Source of the DNA: Octopus sinensis
Lineage: Eukaryota
NCBI RefSeq assembly: GCF_006345805.1
Contig: NC_043001.1
Coordinates: forward strand, 96,844,001 to 96,908,000
Direction of reading: 5' to 3'
Length of the DNA: 64,000 nucleotides
Shown piece after piece: positions 38,935 through 52,999 of this stretch (position 1 is the stretch's first letter; each line of letters begins with the position of its first letter). The translations under genes were made by a program, and so were the position numbers. The notes under the pieces were generated by a model that saw only the letters and a list, made by a program, of their open reading frames with translations, was not told the origin of the DNA and did not search any database.

Positions 38935-41880
38935 GGAACGAAAACATTACAGCCTGTAAATTTGCTTTTTGGAATTACATGAAACATGGCGCCATTCAAC
39001 ACCGATCATCCTCCCAAAGAAACTATAAATACAAACTATCGCTAATGAACCCGAACAATAACAAATAACTTAGAGAAATGCTGGCTCTCGACAAATTCAA
39101 AATGGAAACCCAGCTATTACGGCTAAGAGAAAATTCCAACGACGAAAAATTTAAAACAATTGATACACAAATGCAAGCAGAAATTTCAAAAACATCCGAA
39201 GGCTGAGAAAACAATATTAAACTTTGGAAAGAGAAACAAATGTGAAAACGTGGAAAACATTTCTTGAATGGTGGGAGAGAAGTGATATTTGCTTCTCCAA
39301 TTATGATTCTCGGAAAACATTCCTGACGAAAGTTAAAATCCACAAATCCCATTTGCGACTGATTAATCAAACACCTAAATTTGGAAATTGTTGTCACCAA
39401 TTCCATAAAGACAATTCAAGAATACTTCTACAACAAAATGATCGAACTAAAATCGATGTTTTCTCTCCGACTGTACTGAACGTTTCGCCAAACCGAAGAC
39501 ATACACTACGGATATATTACCAACTTAAAAGACAATTACAGAAATAAATAAACACAGTCCAGAGCAACAAACGTATAAAATCAATACAAAAGGGGACAAG
39601 TTAAGGGAGAAAATGTCCTCGGATAAATAAATAGTAATAAAAGGAAAAGTTTGAAAAATCATTTTTTAGATTCAACCGATAGAGGTCTAGACACCAGTTG
39701 CTGCAAACCGAAAGTGAGAACCGAAAATAATTAACCTATTCAAGAAACTTTTTCAATGGAAGAAATCAATATTTTGTCAAAAGGCTTAAAATTTGCCCCA
39801 ACATCACAGCACCCTAAATCCAATAAAATACAGAACGATATTTCACAGTTCGCTAGAAAACTACGCCTGACAGAAGACTTTTACGATAAAGAAATCAGAG
39901 ATGATTCAATTGTAAGAAACAAGACCAATTACAAGCGTACGAAAGATAAGAATAAAGCTCTAGATAAATTTTGTAATTTTATTTTTACCTTATTTTTACA
40001 AAGAACTTCCACGACCTTAAAATCAAACCCAATAGAAGTCGAATGGAATGGGATAGTATACATGAACTGAAAATCCATAATGACATTATAGTTAGGAAGC
40101 AGATAAGGGAAGTGCAATAGTTATTATGGATATTGAACGCTACAAAAGAGATATTCTATGCTATAAGGTATGATCCACTACAAAAACGTAAATATTTACC
40201 AAAAATAATAGACAATGACTAAACTGGACACATTTATTCACAAACATCGAAAAGGTTTAACAAACAAACAATGTGACTACTTAATACACTGTGATTGCAG
40301 GCCCAGCTACTGCTACGGTCTTCCAAAACTTCATAAGTATCAAACTATTAAGAATGCCAGTAAAGAACCAACTTCAAGTGGCGTAAAGCATACAATATAC
40401 CACCGACCTTAAATTTAGTGCAATCGTAGCAAGCCCGAACAGCGAAACACACAGATACAGCTACTTTTGGGATATATTACTGAAGCCTATTTTAAAATAC
40501 ATACCAAGGATTGTGAGAGACAACCTGGACCTGTTAAACCACATCCCAAAGTTCATAAGCAATGATACCACTATTGTCTCTTTTTTCTGTGGTGAACGAG
40601 TATACCACCATCTCATACCAATATGGACTTAAGGCAATAAATTTCTGACTTAAAAATGTCCCTCATGAAATTCCGCACAAAATTGCAACGAGTTTCATCA
40701 CTGACGCATTAAAGTTTATCCTCGAAAACAACTTTTCTGACTTGGATGGCAATATTTACTAACAAATATCTGGGACAGCGATGGGAACAAAAGTTGCTCT
40801 GATTTGCGTCAATCTAGTCGTGGCATATATGGAAGTCCAAACATATGAACAATCTAAATATCTATTAGAAAACTGGAAACGATACTTAGATGACTGCCTA
40901 ATCCTATGGATGTACATATTTGAACAACGTGCCAACTTCAAAAGTCTAATGAACAGCACAAACAATAATATTAGATTTACCATGGAATACAATAAAACTC
41001 AACTACGATTCTTGGATGAAGTAATCATCAAAAGAGATAAAATCATTGAAATTGATATTCACTACAAACAATACTTACTATGCTACTCGTGCCATCCCAA
41101 ACACACGAAGAATAAAAATCTCATTTAATCTAGCAAGAAGAATCTGCACAATTGTCTTAAGCCCTGAAAATCATAACAAAGAACTCCAGGAACTGAAGCA
41201 AGTACTACTGAAAAGACAATCTCCATTAATACTAATAGACAACGGAATAGAACGTTCCAAGACAAAAGTCGAAGAACTACGAAAAACGCTCCAGATACAT
41301 CCAATAATCTGCCCTTTATTACAAAACACAAAACAAGAAACACTGAATTTTACAATATTATCTAGCAGAGCATCACACTACTAAAACAAGACCCAAGAAT
41401 GAAACAAGCATTTGGACTACACATATACTCAAAAGTAAAGGACAATGAAAAACCCTCAAATATTCCTCGTAAGTGCTAAATTACCTTCCACAATTCTTAC
41501 ACCATCAGTGAAAATGTGTGGCCGCCCCAATGGCGGGACCTGCACCAACCCTATTGAAGACAATATACAAATTCAAATCAGGACAGAGTTTTACAGTAAA
41601 AAATCATTTTACATATTCTTCAAGTAAATCTCAAGCATACAATGAAGATTACATAGGTCAAACAAAGCACATTCTAAGAATTAGACTTCCTATTCACCGG
41701 CAACAAATACGAGAGATTACTACTAGACAGATTCCACTAAGTGGTTACATATGTGCAAAAAAAAGGCCTCCGAATTCCAGGTCTTCCCACTCTAACAATG
41801 TTCAGCGAATACCACAGTTGCAGCATGAATAAACAAAGAAAATACTTTCATACAAAGGTACAAACCAAGACTTAAACTCT
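38935..41880 (+). mobile_element. Decayed Penelope-like element (Neptune-like): RT + Cys linker + GIY-YIG
   Basis: LSKGLKFAPT, YGLPKLHK, GTAMGTKVA, WKRYLDD, IRFTMEY..LRFLD, KMCGRPNGGTC linker, YIGQTKHILRIR..HRQQI. Many stops and frameshifts. Confidence 0.9.
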
Positions 41881-42442
41881 AAAATTTAACAGAGTACACA
41901 TACAATTAACTATTTACACAAAAGAAATCATGCTGCCGCATGAGACACTAACACATGAACGTCGCAGGAAACTTTCGAAAGGTTATATAATTAAATCATG
42001 TGTTCATTCTCTACAAACAATAGACAGAAAACATTCAGAGCATGAATTGTTTGGGCATGTTCGTCAAACGTATCAGCCTTAACTTAAGACGCCACACACA
42101 GTCACTTGAAACTAACACACGGACGTAGCGGGGAACCTATAAAAATTTCTAAGACCAGTTATGTGACTATCCTCTATCAACAAATTCTATTCAAACCATA
42201 TACCAATTTGAGCCATGAACTTCCTATAAAAATAGGGTAAGCTTCAAACACTAGTCAGAAACCAGACAGCAGTGATATAAGCCACATGGTTCTACTTGAA
42301 TTTATTGAAAATTAGTGCAAACTGTGAAACCGGTTAAAACTGTAAATATTTTAATAAAAAGATATATTTTAACTATTCTCAGTGCATTTTCAACTTCTAT
42401 TTTTTCATACACACACACATATACACACACACATACACACAC

Positions 42443-42480
<38 letters not shown>

Positions 42481-43184
42481 ACACATATATATATGTATAG
42501 GGAGCAGAGCCAGACCACGCGTTTTTTTCTTTTGTAATCTAACGACACACTGACGTTCAATACGCTAGTGAAAGTTTGTATTATTCTTGAACTCTTGAGA
42601 AATCAACGTTCCTAGAACACACGAAGGAGGATAGTCCAATAAGTGTTTCTCTGTCACATTAATATATTTTATTGGGATTTGAATCTGCACATAATGCGTT
42701 ATGAAAGAATAGTAAGATTAGGGTTCTGTGAGTTTTAATGATAGAACTTAGAGAACTCTTGGCAGGAATTTACATGGGTCATCAGTTGATTCCTTAATAT
42801 TTTCGACGGTTCGTTGAAAATATTGTGAATGTTTCGATAGGTACTTCTCATTCTTTCTTTGTCCGTGATACGTATCAAATATGAAGTGAGTTATAGATTG
42901 CCAACTGAGCCCTACACTGCACGATTTCTTTAGAAAATGCACTTGTTATTCGCGTTTGCATGCATCTGCTTGAATTTTCTTCAAACCAATTATTATCGTG
43001 ATCCGCAGCCGATTATGGACTCTAATTTTACGAGCATACGAGCACCACTTTTAAATCGCAGGTTGAAGTTAATATCGATAGCATGAATAGTTTATTTTTA
43101 TCTTGAATTATCTCTTCCTCATTAATACCAAATCAATATTGCTGACCTCTCTATAAGGCGTGCACCGAGAATCGCTAGGAAACC

Positions 43185-43335
43185 GGGCAAAATGCATAGC
43201 GATGATTCAAGTTCGGCTGAGGTTGATTTTGCCTTTCATCCTTTCGGGTTCAATAAGTACCAGTTCAGCACTGGGGTCGCTGTGATCAATCTAAACCTCT
43301 CCCGAAATTGCTGGTCTTATACCGAAATTTGAAAC
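43185..43335 (+). mobile_element. SINE family B
   Basis: ttcaagttcggctgaggttgattttgcctttcatcctttcggg..aagtaccagtt..ctggggtcg. Confidence 0.75.
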
Positions 43336-43399
43336 CAAAACTGGTGGCCTTTATTTGGATGACTAAACATACCATCTACAAAAGCGTACATACGGTGTT

Positions 43400-43700
43400 T
43401 TAGGAAAGCCCAGCATGTCTCTAATTCCTCAGTTCTGAAGGAGGTTTACTTAGTCATTCAGATATAGTTTTAGAAGAAGAGTTTTCATATGCTGGTAAAT
43501 TAATATTATGTGCTATCAATTCTTGATGGTAGTTCGCCGTGAGAGTGTCTTCCGCTTGTAAAATTTAGCTATACTTCAGTAACAACGCGTCTGTGATCAA
43601 TCCTACATTCAGCTTCACACATTAATCTCTTTACCCGTACGTCATCACTTAAATTGTGTTTCCTCAAATTATGTTATTAAGTACCTGTTAGCGTTTAGAG
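43400..43700 (-). mobile_element. RTE-type APE endonuclease fragment
   Basis: The minus strand encodes DVRVKRLMCEAECRIDHRRVVTEV, matching the DV.VTR.M.GA.C.TDHRLV C-terminal APE motif. Confidence 0.5.
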
Positions 43701-43744
43701 CGAAGATAGCTTGTGATACAGAAAAACCTTAAAAGCAGATATGT

Positions 43745-44135
43745 ATATATACACGTTGGCATCAAACTTTGGTATCGCGAGATACGCAATCGCTGGAACT
43801 GGACGTCATTGCACTGTTATAAAAGACCCAAGCATTCCATCTAGAGTGATGGCTATGCACTACAACAACTTGAAATTGAAAGGCTCACAGTTATTCAATA
43901 TGTTGCCAAAACATCTAGGAGACCTACGAAGAGGTTAGATGTTTTTACGAAACAACTTGAATTTTATTTCCAAGGTCCTTGGCCAACCTACACCACGAGT
44001 AAAAATCTAAAGAGGGCAACAATATGAACCTGTCTCCTTCGCCAAAAGTCAGTCAAACAGAATGATCATTGAAAAGGTGATAATATACTTGGTGCCGTGG
44101 CACGGCAACAGCCATTGAGCTGAAATGCATAAAAG
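43745..44135 (+). mobile_element. CR1-type LINE 3' end
   Basis: TGRHC...NNLKLKGSQLFNMLPKHL..L...DVFTKQL...SKV.GQP, then a ggtgcc...gctgaaa...taaaagaata tail. Confidence 0.7.
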
Positions 44136-44300
44136 AATAGGAAAATGCATGTATGTGTGTGACCGCTAACTCCAAAAGTTTTTTTATTCTCTCTCTTCTT
44201 CCTAGCTCTCCTGTGTGACCCCTTTGTCCGCCATTCGTCATGATAGATCACTAGCCACTAAACATTTTTATATTTTTCCTCTCTGTATATTTCTGTATCC

Positions 44301-44336
44301 CTTTCTGTTGAAGAGCGTAGGCTCGAAACATAAAAG
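44301..44336 (+). ncRNA. Minimal type I hammerhead-like motif with variant core
   Basis: CTTT CTGTTGA a GAGC gtag GCTC GAAA C ATA AAAG. Stems I and II are perfect; the core reads CUGUUGA, and there is a C.A mismatch in stem III. Confidence 0.5.
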
Positions 44337-44445
44337 AGTTTCTCACCTTCCCAAGTGTCAAACTAATACACCTGTCTTCGTCTTTTGTTTTTCAACTATA
44401 TGTGTTTATATATATTTTTATGATATATATATATATATATGTACA

Positions 44446-44481
<36 letters not shown>

Positions 44482-44860
44482 TGTATGTATGTATGTATGT
44501 ATGTATGTATTTATGTATGTATGTATTTATGTATGTATGTATGTATGCGTGTATGTATGTATGTATGCATGTATATATGAATGTATGTGTGTGTTTGTGT
44601 ACGTGTTGATCCGTGTGTGTACGTATGTATTATTGAAAATGTAATGTACTGTCGCAATACATATAGACATTTCACATATTCCTCAATTGGTATGGTATTC
44701 CGTCTTAATAAGCAGTGTAAGCTTAAGTATAATATAACAGACACTACACACACATACACCCCTCTACACACGCACGCACACACACAAGCACACAGATCCA
44801 CATGCGCACACTAATACAAGATAGAGTCTGTGTTACCATGCTACATATTTGTATGTATAC

Positions 44861-44917
<57 letters not shown>

Positions 44918-45529
44918 TATGAGAAAACTGAGAGTATAAGAGATGATAAATTATGAAAATAAAACGCTCTAAGAGCCCATTCGCAGGAAAAATAAAGCAA
45001 AAATGAATAAAAGGCAAAAATAGAAATTAGGCAAGCTTGTGTTACCATATTTAATGCGGCGAACATTAAAAAAAAAGCTAATTAGAAATAATTAAGCGAC
45101 GAGGAAAATACAATATTAGTTAATGACTAATATTAATTTAATTATTACGTCTAGTAGACGTATTATTTCTTCTCGGTGATGAGCAGGCTTCACCATAGTT
45201 TGCCAGACTTTCTGATTTAGCGATGAGTAAATCACTAAGTAGGTATATTATGTCCTGCATGAGTAGGTGTGACCATTATTAGAGAATTTGATATTCAGAG
45301 AATAGTTGTACATAAAATAGGATAACAATAACTTTACCAATTCTCGTGGAGATGGTGTTTCTGAGACTTGTCAGTAACGAAGATAATTGTTTTGTAAATG
45401 TTGCATCTGATGATGGCAATGGTTGGTAATGGTATTGCTCTTCTACCGATAGTGATAAAGGTCATGTTAGCGATGGTGTCAGCAGCGATGGTGGAGTTGG
45501 CGGTAATGGTGGTGGTGGTGTTTCTTATT

Positions 45530-45760
45530 TCTTTGTTGCCCACAAGGGGCTAAACATAGAAGGGACAAACAAGGATAGACAAAGGGATTAATTCGATTAT
45601 ATCGACCCCAGTGCGGAACTGGTACTTATTTAATCGACCTCGAAAGGATGAAAGGCAAAGTCGATCTCGGCGGAATTTGAACTCAGGACGTAACCGCAGA
45701 CGAAATACCGCTTAGCATTTTGCCCGGTGTACTAACGTTTCTGCCAGCTCACCGCCTTAT
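45530..45760 (-). mobile_element. SINE family B (long-tail subfamily)
   Basis: cccacaaggggctaaacatagaaggg...atcgaccccagtgcggaactggtac...ggaatttgaactcagg...ctgccagctcaccgcc. Confidence 0.85.
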
Positions 45761-45919
45761 TGGTGGGGTTGATGATATTAAGGTTGTGTTCGTGTTGTAC
45801 CTTTTTGGTGCTGTTCGTCTTGTTTGTGAAATTCGAGGCGTGCGGTGGAGGAGGGGTAGGTTGTCGAAATCGGTTTAATGGAGATGGTAGCAACAGTGTT
45901 AGTGGCCATTCTACAGATG

Positions 45920-46200
45920 TCGTTCTTGTTGCTGTTGTTTATGATATCCTTCCTAAATGTCCGAGAGACATGCTTGGTATGGATGTGGGTTTCTTTAAAA
46001 CTAAACTCGATCTCTTCTTGTCAGGAATTCCAGATGAACCTATTTCTCGGCAGGACACACAGATGCGGGCAGCGGCGTTGAACTCCCTCGATGACCAGGT
46101 GCCACATATCAGAGGCAGTTTCACATATTAGTGTAGCACATTCAAGGGTGCTGCCCCAGCATGGACACAGCGTTCGGGATGAAGCACTTTTAAGGATTTA
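45920..46200 (+). mobile_element. CR1-type LINE 3' end
   Basis: LPKCPRDMLGMDVGFFKTKLDLFLSGIPDEP...RAAALNSLDDQV, then a ggtgctgccccagcatggacacag tail. Confidence 0.8.
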
Positions 46201-46980
46201 AGATGACAATGACGGTGATGAATGACAATAAAAACGGCACGTCGACGACAAAGTTGGCGACGACGAAGATGTCGACAGCGGCGACGATGACAGTTATATC
46301 GAAGACGATGGCGATGACAACGACGATGTTGCCGCTGCTGCTAATGCTGCTGCTGCTGATGATAGTGATGATGAGTGTAGTAGTGCTGTTGGTGTTGGTA
46401 ATGACAATGACGATGATGATAACGATGTTGAGGATAAAGATGCGGATGATAACGCTGTTGATGCTGATGCTGCTGCTGATGATGATGATAAAGATGCGAA
46501 TGATAACGCTGTTGATGATGATGATGATGATGATAAAGATGTGGATGATTATAATGATAAGGCTGACGACAACGACGATGTTGATGAAGATGATGTTAGT
46601 GGAAGTGGTATGAACGGCGATGATGATGACGATGCACCCTGCAATGCTCTTGATAACATTAACATGCAAAATGATGATAAAAGCAAAGGTGACGTTTTAT
46701 TATTTTTTTTACAATGGCGGCAGTGGCCCTGTCGGAGGCGGTGGCGACGAGGACAACGTAAATGATAATGGCCTTCAAGGTAGAGTCAATTACAATAGAG
46801 ATAAGGAGAATGACGAAAGTGGGGGTGCTGATGATGATGGGGGTAATGACAATGAGGATGGGTGGGATGTTGATGATGATGATGATGATGATGATGATGT
46901 TAACGACGATGATGGTGATGATGATGACGACGACGACGACATCGCTGATAGTTATGGTCTTCAATCAGGTGACAATGAAT
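46200..46980. repeat. GAT/GAC/GCT trinucleotide patchwork
   Basis: Direct inspection; the D/M-rich ORFs are artefacts. Confidence 0.85.
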
Positions 46981-47493
46981 AAAAAAAGTAATTGTGAACG
47001 GTGATGGCAGTATTGCTATGAATTTTGATTGAAGCTCTATGTAAGAGAGAAAACGGGAAAACGATATAAATACAAAGACATCTACATATTCAGGCACAGA
47101 ACCACTACAGACAAACGCACCAACACACGCCTACACACTCTCTCTCTCTCTCTCCGCTCACACACACACACACACATACACACACACACACATACACACA
47201 CACACACATACACACACACACACAAACTCAAACGCATACATATGGTCACAAACATAGGACTCAAACACAGTTGTCTACACACAGAGGTACACATGGACAC
47301 AGGCTTCAAAACAATCTGAGTGTCACAAAACGAAAAATGCCATATATTTAGAGAGAGATGTATTTACACCACACACATACACATTATATATATATATATA
47401 CGTATAAATATACATATACATCTATATTTATATATACATACATGCCTATATATATATACAGAGAGAGAGAGAGAGAGAGAGAGATACATACAA

Positions 47494-47525
<32 letters not shown>

Positions 47526-47608
47526 TAACACACACACACACATATATATATATACGTATAAATATACATATACATATATTTATATATACATACATGCCTA
47601 TATATATA

Positions 47609-47652
<44 letters not shown>

Positions 47653-47788
47653 GTATATATACATACGAATATGTATATATTTATATTTAGTTGTGTCTGT
47701 ACAGTCATTTTCTTTTCGTGCCTTGCAAACAAATCCAAAAACGAAATATTTATAGTTATTATATTATATATATATATTATATATATAT

Positions 47789-47845
<57 letters not shown>

Positions 47846-48121
47846 TGTGTGTGCGTGTGTGTATCTATATGGAATGGTGGGTTTTTGCTCGTCTCTGTGT
47901 GAGCGCATGTCTGTGTATTATAAAACTTACACAAATATTTAAACGAACGGTATGTATGAATTAAATATTTCACGTCTAACAATTTGTAATCGATTGAAAA
48001 TTTTGATTTGTTAATGATAACGGGATAAAAAATATTCTTCACTATTTTGTCCGCATTTTTGTGGCTTTCAATTCATACCTAGACGATAAATCTTCGGCAT
48101 AGTTTTGTAATTCTGTTAGAA

Positions 48122-48158
<37 letters not shown>

Positions 48159-48929
48159 TACATATATACATATATATGTATATATATGTACCCATGTATG
48201 TATGAATTCATATATTATTTTTTTGAGAGTTTTTCTGTAAGTTCAAATAGTGAGATGTAAAGTTTATATTACTTACGCATTGAAGTACAGCTAATTTTTA
48301 GATTTCTCTACATTTCATACATTGGTATATTATAAAACTTTTGCAATAAACATATGAAGCGATTATTGGATAATTATATAAATTTTCTCCACCTTTGAAT
48401 CACTCGTAAAATCGTCGTTATAGACGATTTCAAAACCATGTACAACTTATATGCTGATGAGTTAATTTTAAGCTTTAGTGTTATATTACATTAACGCATT
48501 ACAAGACTGTGCAGAGAAAGTTATATTGTCAATCATAGAGATAAACCTTATTAACATAAATAAAATAGGAAAGAAATGCAATACTTTATGGTTTATTCCA
48601 CCACGTAGTTAAAATGTTAATTCCAAATTTGCTCGAATTTCTCTAAGATTTACTATATTTAGGGTATACATATGTGTGCTAAGATTGCTGCTATATTCTG
48701 ACCTCGAACGGTGGAATCGATGTGTCGTAAGGCGATGAAGTGATTTGTAGGTGTTTCAGCTCCTTCCGCCGCTACTCCGTATGTGCCAGGGTCCACCCAA
48801 CGAAATATATGACAAAGTTCTCACACAAAAACATGAGCTGTGTTGGATCAGATGCTGCAACTCTGGACCGCATGTTTCTCTGCCATACTCGATGTTTATT
48901 CTTACGGCACTTATGGATCTGTCAATTTT

Positions 48930-49450
48930 CCTTCAACAAATTTTGCGTCCATAACAGCTAGTGCAAGACTCCTAGGATTGCGTAAGTCCACAGTCCAACA
49001 AATTATTTAACACTTATTTCTACAGGAGGGCCTATTACCTCCCATCCACTATATTTACAGAGTTCAACCAGCTCACAGATTTCTGCTTTCGATGCTCACT
49101 TCCTATGGGGCTGTCAAGTTTAACGTCTTTTCAATCTTTCTTTGTACGGTGTGGCGATTTCAATCCTTTTGGTGGCAGAACACCAAAACTAATATTTACG
49201 ATCAAGGCCAACAGAGAACTTCCAGGTCATCATCCATTTTGGGACATTCTTCTTCCTCGCGGAAAATGGATTGCTCTGTTCCCATTTCTTTGCTCTACTA
49301 TTTGTGGTGTTTCGCTGGTTTTGATTTACTTTAACCCCACGATTACATTATTTAACTCTGCCGCTTTATGCTTTTCTCCTACAGACATTGTGGGCCACTG
49401 GAGAGTATGTGCCTCAGCGTTTCTTCCTTCTCGCATTTGCAGAGATCATT
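48930..49450 (-). mobile_element. Hero/NeSL-like REL retrotransposon 3' fragment
   Basis: The minus strand encodes DLCKCEKEETLRHILSS.PQCL (zinc-knuckle relic) and ELVELCKYSGWEVIGPPVEIS.K*FVG (cf. ELV..C...GW.....PVEVG.RGF). Confidence 0.65.
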
Positions 49451-49583
49451 CGCCTCTATTTTCCAGCGCTTTAATCATTAGACTTTATCTATATATATAT
49501 GTTTGTATATATACATACATTCATACATACATACATACATTCATACATACATACATACATACATACATACATACATACATACA

Positions 49584-49642
<59 letters not shown>

Positions 49643-50129
49643 GCATACATTCATACATACATACATGATGCACACATACATAGATACAGATAGATAGATA
49701 GGTAGATAGACAGAGAGAAACCTAAATACCTAAACACTTATCTATATATATGAATGTATGCATATTTGAATGCGTGTATACATATGTGCATGTATTTATG
49801 AATTTTCAGGCATTCAGTTAGACAACTCTTCACCCGACTGTAATATCCGGAGTCTAAAGGATTAGAATATATGGCCAAGCCTTATATCGATTGATTCATT
49901 TCAAAACAAGCAGTTCACCAACGTTAATTGGTTTGAAAATATATTTCCAGGAAAATTACAACATTCGGTTACTACAGCCTCGTAATTGGGAACACAATTC
50001 TGAATACTTGGAGACATTCAAACCGATCTTTCTTGAGGAATTTCCAACTACCTACAGGCAAAACGTTATATTTTCAATATACTGGATCTACCTATAAGTT
50101 GAAGGACGGTTAATATATATATATATATG

Positions 50130-50192
<63 letters not shown>

Positions 50193-50469
50193 GGGATTGT
50201 ATGATTGTGTATAGAGGGATATATATTATTCAAAGGAATTCCAACTCTGTTTTTTATGTTTTATTTATATTCTTTATAATATTAATGTAGAATATAGAAT
50301 ATATAGTATAAATAATATACATAGTAAAATGAAATGAAGTATTGAGTGTCTTATTGACTAGATAAAGTATTGAATATAAAATATTAAGGGACTAGTATAC
50401 TTTCTGGCATTTAAGCAGTCTTCAAGGTCCCAGGTTGTGACAGGAATGTTTCATATATATAAGTTAAGT

Positions 50470-51170
50470 GCGAGCAGAGGAGAAAACCATGACGGAAAAG
50501 AGAATTGAAATGGTCATGAAAATGCTTGGGAAAGATATTAATATTCTGGAAAGAGAAAAATACGTGGAGATATTGTATAACATACAGTGAAGTATGATAT
50601 CAGGAGAAAGAAGATTAGAAAGGTAACTGAAAAGCCGAAACAAAGGGTATTTGCCAAAGCTGCAAAAATTAAGACACATAGTATAAACAGGTCACATAGT
50701 ATAAAGAAACTGTATGTTTCCAAGAGATTATATCAGTAGGTGAATGGTTCTTTCAGGAATGATGATTTAATCCCTGATGCCGATGAAAGTAAGAAGCTCT
50801 GGAGTAACATCTGAAGTGTTTGAAAAGAGCCCAAAATAAGTGTGGGGTCGCTGACGAGCATAAAAAAATAGCATTGGGGAAAATAAAGAGGCAGAATTAG
50901 AAATAACAACTGATATGGTAACTAACCATATGTTGAAAGATGCCAAATTGGTAAGCTTCTGGGACAAACCAAGTGCAAGGTTTCTAGTTGAAAATGCTGA
51001 GGGCTCTTCATGTGAGAATTGCTGACCAACTGAATATGATCTTGAACGGTGAAGATGGGTTGCTAGAATGGATAAACTGTGGGAGAAACCCAACAAATGA
51101 TATGCATTGCCAACATTAGACTTACCTCTTTTCTGCGCCTTATGCGGAAGCTTATGACATTACTTGAGCA
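50470..51170 (+). mobile_element. R4/Dong-like fragment (pre-RT and RT domain 0-1)
   Basis: IPDADESKKLWSNI*, KMPNW*ASG..QVQGF*LK.L..LH.RIADQLN.IL.G...EW...GR, IRLTSFLRLMRKLMT. Confidence 0.8.
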
Positions 51171-51268
51171 AGAGGACGTAGGGAAGAAGCATGGATCAAT
51201 TTTGGTTGCTGACGCGATCCTTAACGATTGTCATGGCCTGGGTAAATTTTCATACTGCGCCAGGAGAG

Positions 51269-51364
<96 letters not shown>

Positions 51365-51385
51365 GCTAGCTAGCTAGCTAGCTAG

Positions 51386-51510
<125 letters not shown>

Positions 51511-51548
51511 ATATATACATACATACATACATACATACATACATACAT

Positions 51549-51583
<35 letters not shown>

Positions 51584-51863
51584 TATATCTATATATGAAT
51601 GAGTGGGAAAAGAGGCACTCAAAACATTTGGTAGAAGTTACTTATATATTTTACCAGCAGTTTCACTCAGCTCTACATATTTCCAAGTTAGCGTGACATG
51701 GGATGTATTTATTTCCCGTGATAGGATGGTTACGATTTGCGAGTCCATGAAATCTTACGTAATGTGCATTCGAGTAAATTACTAAGTGTATCCCCTTTAT
51801 CTTTTACTTGTTTCAATCATTGGATTACGGACATGATAGGGCACCGCCTCGAAGTGTTTCATC

Positions 51864-52129
51864 CAGTGGTTCTCAAAGTGGGCAGTATTGCCCTCCCACT
51901 AGAAGCGGTGGATAGTTTTAAGGGGTCGTTGAAGAAAATAGACAGGCGATGATAGGGCAACGATTCATGTAAAAACAACAGAATAATAGGTACATTATGT
52001 TAAGTTTTATTGCTTTGAGTTTGCTTCAGAAAGAGGTCTATGTTTGTGATGGTTAGTTGGGGTGGTGGCACTGGGAATATGGCCTGTGTGTCAAGGGGAT
52101 GGGAGCCTGAAAATGTTTGTGAACCATTG
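51864..52129. mobile_element. hAT/Charlie-like MITE (266 bp)
   Basis: TIRs cagtggttctcaaa / tttgtgaaccattg (2 mismatches); degenerate 8-bp flanks gtttcatc / gtttagtg. Confidence 0.65.
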
Positions 52130-52164
52130 GTTTAGTGGAAGAAATCGAAACCAGTAGTTATTAT

Positions 52165-52311
52165 TTAAGCCTTGTACGTATCCCATCGGTTACTTTTGCC
52201 GAACTCTCAAGTTGCAAGGACATAAACAAACCAGCACCGATTGCCAAGCCGTGATGAGACACAAACATATACACAAACACACACACACAAGCACACACAT
52301 TCACATACAAC

Positions 52312-52392
<81 letters not shown>

Positions 52393-52530
52393 ATAGGATG
52401 GGCTTATCGCAGTTTCAGTGCAGCAAATCCACTCATAGACCCCGACGCTACAGTGGAAGGCAGATGACCAAGGCATCACGCCGTGGGACTGAACCCGGAA
52501 CCATGTCTTTGGGAAGCTATCTTCTTTCTG
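52165..52530 (-). mobile_element. SINE family A, degenerate
   Basis: accagcaccgattgccaagc...(TA)(TG)...gtgggactgaacccggaaccatg. Confidence 0.8.
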
Positions 52531-52999
52531 CACAAACATTGCAAGTAATTGTATTTCATATAACAATACATATAACAATACATCGTTCGCTGTTGACAAT
52601 GCCATTGGTATAAGCACTGGGATACAATAAGCGTGGGTTTGGCAATAGCGGGGCCTCGTTTATAGTGTTTTGCCACGTTACATAAGAAGATAAAGGGATG
52701 CCAAGGCATGAATATACAATATATCACCAGATACAGTGAGTGATTTAATTGGAGATATCTAGCGATTAATGTAGCAATAGAGTGCGTAATGTAAGGTATT
52801 TCAATATCCCGATCTGTCTAAATAACATATTACATATACAATAACTCGATTTCGCGATATTTTCAGATAAAAATAAGATGTGTATCAAATTTCTCTACAC
52901 CTTAACCTCGAATAATAGTCTGTACTTATATGGAGGCCGTCAATGTCAATATAGTCACAAAATGTCAGTGGTAAAATCTCTACTTAAATGAGAATTTAG

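Noticed and set aside
42260-42310. Possible HHR relic after the Neptune-like PLE (cagtgatataagc...acttgaattt)
   Set aside because: Core and GAAA are both mutated; cannot be distinguished from chance.
48751-48981. Exon-like plus-strand segment ending in GTAAGT
   Set aside because: All three frames hit stops before the donor; it lies in or next to the Hero-like element's 3' region.
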